From: Thecamonas trahens ATCC 50062
Taxonomy: Eukaryota; Protista; Apusomonadida
Direction: 5' to 3'
Assembly (NCBI RefSeq): GCF_000142905.1
Contig: NW_013657669.1
Coordinates: 496,001 to 560,000 of the forward strand
DNA: 64,000 nucleotides
Made by a program: the position numbers and the translations under genes
Notes under the pieces: model-generated
Seen by the model: the letters and a program-made list of their open reading frames with translations, nothing else
The model's database searches: none
Told to the model about the DNA's origin: nothing
Shown here: positions 42,601-51,115 of the stretch, one piece after another
Layout: each line of letters opens with the position of its first letter
How positions within the stretch are numbered: the first letter of the stretch is position 1

Positions 42601-43623
42601 ATGAGCGCGAGCGGGAGCCAAGCTAGCCGTCGCCTCTCTGCGGAGACCATTGTCCATCTCTTGGCCACTGCAGCCAATGCGGCGAAAGAGGTGCCTCAGA
42701 CAGAAGGCAAAGTGGTGGGCAAGGCATTGTTGGATATTGTTTCCAAGGCGACTGTGGTTGCGCTGGATCGTCAGGCAGAGGCCGCGAAGAAGCAGCCAGC
42801 AACGGCGACGGGCGACGAGACCGGATCGGGAGAGAAGGGCGAGGAGAGCGGCACAAGCGCGGTGGAGCTGGCGAAGGGCATGACGGCTGTCGAGGTGGCG
42901 GCCATAATTCGTGGCGCATGGGTGGCGCTGATGACGGCCATTGGTTCGGTGATGGACGAGCCCGAGTGGACGGTGCTGGTGCTGGGCAAGCTGGCGCGTG
43001 CCATGCAGGAGCACCTGGAGAGCATCGAGGACGGGGCTGGCACGGCCGGAGTTGTCGAGTCGGTCCTCGAGCACGCACGAAAGCACGGTCTGGTGGCCGA
43101 GGGCATTGTCGATGGGGCACCGGCGGGCGCGGCCGAGCTGAGCGTCCGCGACACCTCGCTCGTGGGCGTCTGGCTCAAGCTCCTCTTCTCGGGCTCGGCC
43201 TTTGACAAGCACGGCGATGTGCGGCTCCGGTGCAATACGCCCGGGTGCGACTGCCTTGTCTATCGGCACAACGCAGCCAACAAGTGCGCGCAGTGCGAGC
43301 ACTCGTTCACGGCACACACCTTTGGCATCCTCTCCATCTCGCGAGTCCTGGAGTCAATCTCGGAGCTCGTTTCGCAGCACGAGGAGCTCTTTTGGGGCCT
43401 TATGCTCAGCCAGTGCTCGGCCTTTGGCGGCGACCTCTACGGCTTCCGCGACAGGCTCAAGGCCAAGACCGAGGCCGAGGCCGAGGCCGCAGGCGCCGGT
43501 AGCTCGGGCGCCGGCCCCTCGTCGACCTCGTCGGTCGCCTCGACGGCGAGCCAGGATACCCGCAAGCGCAAGCGCGGATCCGATGCAGCCGGCGCCGCAG
43601 AAGAGCGTCCGTCCAAGCGGTGA
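42601..43623 (+). CDS. Hypothetical protein with Cys/His zinc-binding motif and C-terminal NLS
   Basis: CNTPGCDCLVY...CAQCEHSFTAH, and RKRKR...RPSKR at the C-terminus. Confidence 0.65.
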   Translation: MSASGSQASRRLSAETIVHLLATAANAAKEVPQTEGKVVGKALLDIVSKATVVALDRQAEAAKKQPATATGDETGSGEKGEESGTSAVELAKGMTAVEVAAIIRGAWVALMTAIGSVMDEPEWTVLVLGKLARAMQEHLESIEDGAGTAGVVESVLEHARKHGLVAEGIVDGAPAGAAELSVRDTSLVGVWLKLLFSGSAFDKHGDVRLRCNTPGCDCLVYRHNAANKCAQCEHSFTAHTFGILSISRVLESISELVSQHEELFWGLMLSQCSAFGGDLYGFRDRLKAKTEAEAEAAGAGSSGAGPSSTSSVASTASQDTRKRKRGSDAAGAAEERPSKR

Positions 43624-43693
43624 CATGTGTTGTGTTATGTGTGCGGCTCCCGCATAAATGTGCCCAACTCTCTGCGCCATCGCCGGCTTACCT

Positions 43694-44288
43694 TTACCGC
43701 TTCCGCCGCTTCCCGCTGCTCCCGTTGTACCTTGTCGGCACCTCGCCACCCGAGACCCGGATTTCGGCGGCGGTCTTGGCAGCCTCGGACGGGAACAGGT
43801 CGAGGATGTTGAACTGGGCCTCGTCGCTGGAAACGGGCTCAAGGAAGGTCTTGGGCGCGGTGTTGTAGAAGCCCCAGTCTGGTGTGCAAACGGCCAGCGC
43901 GACAAGGACTCCGGCGCCAAACACATACATGGCCACTGCAAACGACGCCGCCACCCAGCCGGCCACAAACGCCACTGCCGTCGCTGCCATCAGAATCACT
44001 TGTGTCAGCCACTCCATCAGCACCATGCCCTTGAGGTCCTGTTGCCGTAGCACACGTCGATGGAGGCAGCCCCCCACACGGAGACAATCACAAGCCAATC
44101 ACAGCAGGCACCACGAGATACAGACAACCACACGGAGGCAAGCACAAGCCAATCGCAGCAGAAACCACCAGATACCGATCGATCACAGCAGGCACAACGA
44201 TCCCGACCACAGTAGAGGGTGACCAAGCCACGGCAGTCCGTCACCGAGCAGAGTGAGTCATGAGAGCAGAGGGCGGAGGGAAGGGAGA

Positions 44289-44319
<31 letters not shown>

Positions 44320-44348
44320 TGGTGAGAGGATGGGAGAGTGCGTACCAT
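43694..44348 (-). CDS. SPCS1: Signal peptidase complex subunit 1 (Spc12); exons 44348-44346 (ATG) and 44038-43694
   Basis: ATG|GTACGC...CAACAG| gives M|DLKGMVLMEWLTQVIL...two TM helices...TPDWGFYNTAP, matching MDYKGQ...P.WP.Y of SPCS1. Confidence 0.85.
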
Positions 44349-44538
44349 GGTGGGTATGTGTGTGTGTGAGTGTGGGGAGAAGAGTGGAGGGGACTCTGGT
44401 TGTGGTTGTGGTTGTGGTTGTGGCTGTGGTTGTCGGGTGGTGGCGGTGGCGGCAACCGGTGCAATGACTCAGGTCGGCGATGGTGGACATGGCTGGTTTA
44501 CCAACGGGGAGGGGGGGGGGGCGAGATCGTGGGCGACC

Positions 44539-45336
44539 TCATGACGTCATGTAGAGGTAAGATGACTCACTCCGACGGCGAAAGACGACGTAGATGACGA
44601 CAAGAGTGATGAGGAGGACAATGACTATGATGGCGAGGATAACGAGGACCACCACGTCGCCCTTGGGCGTGTGGCCGCGCGCGCCCTGTGTCGTCGCAGG
44701 CGAAGGTGACGGCCCGGTGCTCGACGGTGGTGGTGAGGATGGCGGCGGAGGCGGCGACAACGGCGGAGGCGGCGATGGCGATGGCGGAGGCGGCGACGGC
44801 GGCGACGGTCCGGGCAGAGGACACGCCGCAGCGGCAAGGCCCACGAACCGGAAGGTCCTCGCCGATACCGGCCCGTCCATCGCCACCAAAACAAACGAGA
44901 CGTTGCCAGCAGTAACATGCTCATCACATAGGACGTCGATGACAAGGCGGTCAGTGCTCGGCGGGCCACCCAAACCGATGCGTACACCCTGCGGACCATC
45001 GCCATCGATCGATCGCGACGCGGCCGTGGCAAGGAGCGTTGCTGGCGATGGCGGGGCAGGACCAGGCGGACTACCCGCCACAGCACAAGCCGCCGGATCA
45101 TCAATCGATGCAGATGCACATGGCGAGTTCTCTAGCACGCCACATGGTTGGATCCGATACGTCGTCCCCTCTCTGCCAGCCACCATGAAGCCATCCGGCT
45201 GCACCTGTGCCAGCACGTCAAGTCGCTCCGGGCACGCAGCGCCCTCGTCCGCCAACCTCACACCAGACACGGCACACGCCGCGAGCATTACAGCAAGTAC
45301 CACACTCTGCTGTCTCATGGCCATGTGTGCCTTCAT
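44539..45336 (-). CDS. Type I membrane protein with mannose-6-phosphate-receptor (MRH/ATG27)-like luminal domain
   Basis: Signal peptide; Y.IQPCG...C...AC...GV.I......IDVLCD...F.....AACP pattern; Pro-rich stalk; TM helix; YLYM tyrosine-based sorting-like motif. Confidence 0.65.
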   Translation of the reverse strand: MKAHMAMRQQSVVLAVMLAACAVSGVRLADEGAACPERLDVLAQVQPDGFMVAGREGTTYRIQPCGVLENSPCASASIDDPAACAVAGSPPGPAPPSPATLLATAASRSIDGDGPQGVRIGLGGPPSTDRLVIDVLCDEHVTAGNVSFVLVAMDGPVSARTFRFVGLAAAACPLPGPSPPSPPPPSPSPPPPLSPPPPPSSPPPSSTGPSPSPATTQGARGHTPKGDVVVLVILAIIVIVLLITLVVIYVVFRRRSESSYLYMTS

Positions 45337-45446
45337 CCTGATACGCTCTGTGTCAGGTGGTGGCCCGTGCCCGTACGTTAGCCGCTGTCGTCACCGGAAG
45401 CCTGCAGACGGTCCGGCTGCCTCGCGCGTGCGCCGTGCCATTGGCG

Positions 45447-45680
45447 CGACCACATCGCCCGATCGCAACCCGCCACCAGCCCAGGCCGTCCTACGATGAC
45501 ATCTATTGCGGCTCATTGGCTCGGTGCAGTCGACCCGGTTGCGTCAACCTGGCCGCGGTCGACCTGGCTGTACCCCGATCACGTCCCAGCACCCGACCAC
45601 ATCGCCCGATCGCAACCCGCCACCAGCCCAGGCCGTCCTACGATGACATCTATCGCGGCTCATTGGCTCGGTGCAGTCGA
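45447..45680 (+). repeat. ~87-bp direct repeat (2 copies, 147-bp period) in a divergent intergenic region
   Basis: CGACCACATCGCCCGATCGCAACCCGCC...GGCTCGGTGCAGTCGA at 45447-45533 and 45594-45680, about one mismatch. Confidence 0.9.
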
Positions 45681-45757
45681 TCCCGCTCCTGCTACTGCTG
45701 CTAGGGGGGCATGCACTCCAAGCCTCTTGATACCTGTCTCTTTGCCTTCTGCCCAAC

Positions 45758-45899
45758 ATGGTGCGCAAGCTCAAGCACCATGAGAGGAAGCTTCTTCGGA
45801 AGACGGACTTTATGGACTGGAAGCGGTCGAACAACCTCCGTGAGATCGAAGTCATGCGCCGCTATCACATTGAGAAGCGGGAGGACTACATGCAGTATG

Positions 45900-45957
<58 letters not shown>

Positions 45958-46522
45958 TGGTTGGGAGGGGTGCAGCCGAGGATGGCAGCAACCATCCCTG
46001 GTTGGTTTGAGAGTGCAGCAGATGGTGTGAGACGAGGGATAGCGGGAGGTTGTGATAGCCATACTCACAGAAGAGCATGCCCATGTATGGTGTCTTGTAA
46101 TGGGTAGGTACAATCGTGTTTGCGGTAAGATTACCAAGCTGGCTAACAAGCTCAAGAGCGCGGAGGCCACCTCGGAGTTTCGGATCAAGATGACGGCGTC
46201 GTTGCTGGAGAAGCTGTACGAGATGGGCGTCATCAACTCGAAGCGCTCGCTGGGCAAGGCATCGGCGGTGACCACGGCTGCGTTTTGTCGGCGGCGGCTG
46301 GCAGTCGTCATCGTTCGCCTCAAGTTTGCTCAGAGCGTGGCAGAGGCCGCTCGCATGGTCCGCCAGGGCCACTTCCGCGTTGGCACCAACGTCGTCACCG
46401 ACCCGGCGTACCACGTCACCCGCAAGATGGAGGACCACGTCGCTTTTGTCGACACCTCTTCCATCCGCCGCAAGGTTCTCAAGTACAACGACAAGCTCGA
46501 CGACTACGATCTGCTTCTTTAG
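45758..46522 (+). CDS. IMP3: U3 snoRNP protein IMP3; exons 45758-45894, 46108-46522
   Basis: [18 protein letters not shown]...REDYMQ|YN...LLEKLYEMG...FCRRRLAV...[22 protein letters not shown]...[11 protein letters not shown]. Confidence 0.97.
45899..45956 (+). repeat. (TG)n microsatellite in the IMP3 intron
   Basis: About 28 TG units. Confidence 0.95.
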
Positions 46523-46951
46523 ACTGTCTGCCGCCGCACGCCTCACCCCGGCTCACCCTCGGGCGCTGCCCAGCATCCGGGCCTTGCACGTCCGGTCTGT
46601 GGTGCGTCTGCTGTCGCCACCGCCCTGCCTCGCCCGCTGCCGCTTCACCCATCAACCTACAGAGCTCCATCCACCCGCAACGCACCATCCGTCCAGATCG
46701 TCCCCCCTTGTCCCCACCTCCTGGGCTCGGCCCTGTCGCCGTCCCTTCCGAGATCAAACGCATCCTGGCTTCTCCTCCTCCTCCTTCCCCTCCCCCTCTC
46801 CTCCTCCCTATTTTCTCGAAATGTCCCATGGCCGCGACAGCCCGGCCCGGTGTCCGTCGTCCGTCGTCCGTCGTCCGTCGTCCGTCGTCCGTCGTCTGGT
46901 GTCCAGCAGCCGCGTGGCCGACTCGATAGCACTTCTCGCGAAACGCACAAC

Positions 46952-48751
46952 ATGTCCGACTCTGGCTCTGGTGACATCGAGGTTGTGACCACACCGGGCG
47001 CAGCGGCGCTCGAGTCTTGTGCAAGCGCGTCTGATGGGTCCAAGACGAGACCAAAGTCTTGTGACGGCGCGTCGGTGCCGCACGTGGTCGACGGCGTGGT
47101 TGAGGACGGCGGCGACGAGGCGGCGACCGGTGACGTCGGTGCCGCCTCAAGCACTCACCAGGACGACGGCAAGGGCAAGGGCAAGGGCAAGGGCAAAGGC
47201 AAGGGCAAGGCGGCAGGGAGTAACCCGTTGGCGTCAATCATTGGCGATACGCTTGAGAATCTGACCGGAATCGCGGCTGGCGAGGGCGGGAGTGAAGGCG
47301 GCGAGGGCGCTCAGCCTGCGGTGCCGACCAAGGTCCTGCCATCGCTGCGGCGGTTCTCAGAGATGGTGGCGGAAAAGGGCTCGGAGCGCGGGCTCTCGAT
47401 CCGCTACGAGGCCGAGACCAAGCGGCTAGTCGTCGAGCTGCCTGGCCCGGTGGCGCCGACCTCGCATCAGCCGCACCCGTTTGTGGACCTCGTGCCGTAC
47501 TACAACGCCTACGCCATTTCCGAGGATGATGACGGCTCGCGCGACGTGGTCATCTCCGAGCTGCTGGATCTGTGCGAAGCCAAGATCATGCCGCTCGGCA
47601 CGTACGACGAGATGAAGAGCCGTCTCGTCCCGCGCCTCCGCCTCGCTTCGTACTACGAGCTCTTTGACATGCAGTGCGAGCTCCGCGGCGATGACGAGGT
47701 CGTCATCCCGACGCGCGACGTCGCCACTTCGCCTGACCTGGTCGCCGAGCTTGCGCTTGAGGATGACACTACGGTGGCCACCGTCACCAACAAGCACCTG
47801 CTGGCCTGGGGCGTGAGCTTTGACCAGGCGCTCGACGACGCCGCCGCCGCGCTGGCGGCGCGGACCAACGGCGACGGCAAGTGGCGCGCGGTGCCCGGCA
47901 CAACCAAGGGCTCGTACCTCGCCCAGTTCCGCGATGGTGCAGACTCGGCGCGCATGCTCTGCAAGGCGATGATCCGCAAGCTCAAGGTCAAGGGGCGCCC
48001 TGTCGTCCTCGTCCCCGATCGCGAGGTCCTCCTTGTCACCGGCAGCGAGGATCCCGAGGGCCTGCTTGCCGTTCTCAACCTGGTCGCCTCCATCCTCTCG
48101 CGCCTGCCGTCGCCCGTGCTTGGCGTGTGGACGCTTAACAAGAAGGGCCACTACCTCCCGTACGAGCCGCCCAAGTTTGACGGCAAGTCGTCCGGCGGCG
48201 GTGCAAGCTCGGCATCCGGCGGCGCCGACGGTGTCGCCGAGCTCCCGGTCCCCACCAAGGTCTACCTCCTGTACAAGAACCTGGTCACCCGGGGCATCGG
48301 CCAGCAGTACCACTCACAGAAGAAGATGCTGGACAAAGTCAACGAGAAGAATGAGGTCAAGGTCATGCCGGCCACCATGACTGTCATGCAACATCCCAAG
48401 ACCGGCGACGTCATCACCTACTGCATCTGGCAGCTCGGCACCGAGGCCCTGCTTCCGGTCACCGACATTGTCCTCCTCTGCAATCCCGAGAACCTCGCCC
48501 GCCCCATCGTCGGTCAGGCCCCGTTCGACCTCCTCATGGAGGTCATGTCTGATGGCGTCGAGCTGGTCCCCACCCACCCGCCACGCTACTCGTGTCCCAA
48601 GGACGTCTTCCCCACGCCGGAGCAGATCGTTCGTCTCTCCGGCTCGTTTGAGGCGCCCGAGATGAAGGACGCCGCCATCAAGCTCCGTGACATGCTTACC
48701 ACGGCACAGCGTGCTCGTGAGCGCCAAGAGTTCCAGGACTCGGTCATGTAA
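46952..48751 (+). CDS. Hypothetical protein with bacterial DUF1444/YtpQ-like domain
   Basis: RLVPRLR...VT..HL.AWGVSFDQAL..A...L...DG.DSARML...L.V.G.PVVLVPDREVLLVTGSED resembles bacterial DUF1444-type proteins (recognition from memory). Confidence 0.65.
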   Translation: MSDSGSGDIEVVTTPGAAALESCASASDGSKTRPKSCDGASVPHVVDGVVEDGGDEAATGDVGAASSTHQDDGKGKGKGKGKGKGKAAGSNPLASIIGDTLENLTGIAAGEGGSEGGEGAQPAVPTKVLPSLRRFSEMVAEKGSERGLSIRYEAETKRLVVELPGPVAPTSHQPHPFVDLVPYYNAYAISEDDDGSRDVVISELLDLCEAKIMPLGTYDEMKSRLVPRLRLASYYELFDMQCELRGDDEVVIPTRDVATSPDLVAELALEDDTTVATVTNKHLLAWGVSFDQALDDAAAALAARTNGDGKWRAVPGTTKGSYLAQFRDGADSARMLCKAMIRKLKVKGRPVVLVPDREVLLVTGSEDPEGLLAVLNLVASILSRLPSPVLGVWTLNKKGHYLPYEPPKFDGKSSGGGASSASGGADGVAELPVPTKVYLLYKNLVTRGIGQQYHSQKKMLDKVNEKNEVKVMPATMTVMQHPKTGDVITYCIWQLGTEALLPVTDIVLLCNPENLARPIVGQAPFDLLMEVMSDGVELVPTHPPRYSCPKDVFPTPEQIVRLSGSFEAPEMKDAAIKLRDMLTTAQRARERQEFQDSVM

Positions 48752-48918
48752 ATGCCAGCTTCCTCGACGACAGCCGAGTCTTCCGCCTGGCACAGACAGT
48801 TTCGGCGCAGCCGATGTCAGCGGTCCGAAAGCCCAATGACGACAGCGACGACGACGACGACAACGACGACCCACCACACCTTCACCAACACCTCACTCAC
48901 GCAAGGCCGACAACATTG

Positions 48919-50886
48919 ATGTACAGAGTACTGCGGCTTGCCTTCCTTGTGGCTGCGGTGGCTGCAGCTGTTGTTGCTGCCGCTGCCGCTGCCGCTGACG
49001 AAGGCCATGGCGGTGGCCTTGCCGGCGAAGACCTGGTGCCGGTGGAGGAGATGGTCGACCCTGTGGAGGTCATTGTGGGCGAGGCGCATGCAAGCAATGG
49101 CTATGGTCGGGCACGAGCTGCGCTAGAGACACTGGCGGAGGAGGAGGACAACATGAAGGCTGCGCTCGAGCTCGGCCTCTGGTCGCTCCTGGGAACGACC
49201 GTCGACGAAGGTGACGAGGTCATCGATGTGGCGGCGGCGCAAAAGTGGCTGGGTCGGGCGGCCGAGCGCGGGCTGCCAGAGGCACAGGCGTATGTGGGCC
49301 TGCTTCACAGCCTCGGCCTTGCCCGCGCGGGATCGGTCGAGCGCGACGAGGCCCTTGCAGTCCTGCATCTGTTCTTTGCTGCGCGTGGCAGCTCACGGGT
49401 CGCCAACGCCGCGCTTGGCTTCAGGCATCGGCACGCGCTGGCAGTGCCCGGCTCGTGCGATACTGCCGCCAATTACTACCGCAAGGCTGCTGAGGACGTG
49501 GCGGCGCAGATTGTGGAGACCGGAGCTGAGCCCGAGGCAACCGCCCAGCCGCTGTCTGATGAGGTCAAACCGGTCGACGGGTCCACCAACTCGGACGAGG
49601 ACATTGTCGACTTTTACGAGTACTCGGCGAGTCAGGGCTCGCCGTCGGCGGCGGTCGCGCTCGGCAAGCTGCACTGGACTGGCGCGCGTGGGCTGGCGCG
49701 CGACGTGCCGGCCGCTGTCCAACACTTTGAGCAGGCCGCTGCCGCAGGCTCGCCCGAAGCCATGGCCAACCTCGGCCACGTGTACGCCGCCGGCGACGAC
49801 GGCGTGCCGCAGAATACCGACGCCGCAATCGAGTGGTATACCAAGGCCGTCGACGCCGGCTCGGCGTCGGCGCTCAACGGGCTCGGCTTCATGTACCTCC
49901 ATGGGACCGGCGTCGAGGCCGACTCGACCAAGGCCTTTGACTACATAGCCAAGTCTGCGGCCATGGGCAACGCCGACGCCCAGCTCAATCTTGGCACACT
50001 CTACTTTAATGGCGAGACCGCCGACGGCGAGCCCGACTACAAGCGCGCCCACGCCTTGTTTGTCAACGCCGCCCACCAGGGCCGCACCCTTGCCACGTAC
50101 TACCTCGGCCTCATGCACGCGCAAGGCCTTGGGACTGCCCGCTCGTGCGCCTCGGCGCTCTCGCTCTTCAAGACCGCCGTCGAGCGCGGCCTGCAAGAGA
50201 ATGTGCTCAAGACCGCGCATGCCGCCTACGACGATGACCAGGTGGTCATGGCCCTTGTGCGCTACCTCGTTGTCGCGATGCAGGGCGTCGAGCTTGCGCA
50301 GCGCAACGCTGCGTACATCCTCCACCACCACGGCGACGAGAGCCGGGTGTTGGCTCTGTTCGGTGGCTCTTCTGACGCCGTCCGAGCCCTGCATCTGCGC
50401 ATGCTCGCGCTCTCGGCGCTGCAGGGCAACGTCGACGCCAACCTCGCGCTCGGCGACTACTACTTTGACACTGAGCGTGATTACGAGCTGGCGCTCTCGC
50501 AGTACCGCGCCGGCGCGAACCGCGGGCACCCACAGGCGCTCTTCAACCTCGGCTACATGCACCAGCACGGGCTCGGCCTCCCGCTCGACCTCCACCTCGC
50601 CAAGCGGTTCTACGACCAGGCCTGGGAGACCTCACCCGACGCGGCGCTCCCTGCTGGCCTTGCCCTCATTGGCCTTCACATCCAGGTCACCAACGACGAA
50701 CTGATAGCCACCACCGGCTACCCGCTAGACCGCATCCTCCTTGGCGTCATCGGCAGCATCCTCATCATTGTCATTGTCTTCCGCCTCCGGGTCGCGGTCG
50801 CGCTCGGCGCGCTCTTGGAGCAGCGGGCCATGTCTCGCCGTGCTCGTCGCGCTGCGCGGCGGGCCATTCTTGGTGAAGGCGACTGA
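48919..50886 (+). CDS. SEL1L: SEL1L/Hrd3 ERAD component
   Basis: Signal peptide, many Sel1 repeats (ALGFRH...G.CDTAANYY, LNGLGFMYLHG.GV, AQRNAAYIL, ALFNLGYMHQHGLGLPLDLHLAKRFYDQA), C-terminal TM helix. Confidence 0.93.
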   Translation: MYRVLRLAFLVAAVAAAVVAAAAAAADEGHGGGLAGEDLVPVEEMVDPVEVIVGEAHASNGYGRARAALETLAEEEDNMKAALELGLWSLLGTTVDEGDEVIDVAAAQKWLGRAAERGLPEAQAYVGLLHSLGLARAGSVERDEALAVLHLFFAARGSSRVANAALGFRHRHALAVPGSCDTAANYYRKAAEDVAAQIVETGAEPEATAQPLSDEVKPVDGSTNSDEDIVDFYEYSASQGSPSAAVALGKLHWTGARGLARDVPAAVQHFEQAAAAGSPEAMANLGHVYAAGDDGVPQNTDAAIEWYTKAVDAGSASALNGLGFMYLHGTGVEADSTKAFDYIAKSAAMGNADAQLNLGTLYFNGETADGEPDYKRAHALFVNAAHQGRTLATYYLGLMHAQGLGTARSCASALSLFKTAVERGLQENVLKTAHAAYDDDQVVMALVRYLVVAMQGVELAQRNAAYILHHHGDESRVLALFGGSSDAVRALHLRMLALSALQGNVDANLALGDYYFDTERDYELALSQYRAGANRGHPQALFNLGYMHQHGLGLPLDLHLAKRFYDQAWETSPDAALPAGLALIGLHIQVTNDELIATTGYPLDRILLGVIGSILIIVIVFRLRVAVALGALLEQRAMSRRARRAARRAILGEGD

Positions 50887-51115
50887 CGAGCTGCTTCCTA
50901 TCACTCTGCGCGCGAGCGGCCGCCTGCGTAGCCTGCAGGTGCACTTTGATCGATGGCCGGAGCCAGGGGCAGAAGGCGTTGCACCCTCCCCCTCCCCCTC
51001 CTACCCCGTGCCGGAACTGGCTCATTCTCCTGTGGCGAGGCCCACAGCGGGTGTGTGGTGGCAAAGCGGAAGCGGTCGGTGCAACACAAGTCGGGAGTAA
51101 ACGACTTGTCTCGTG

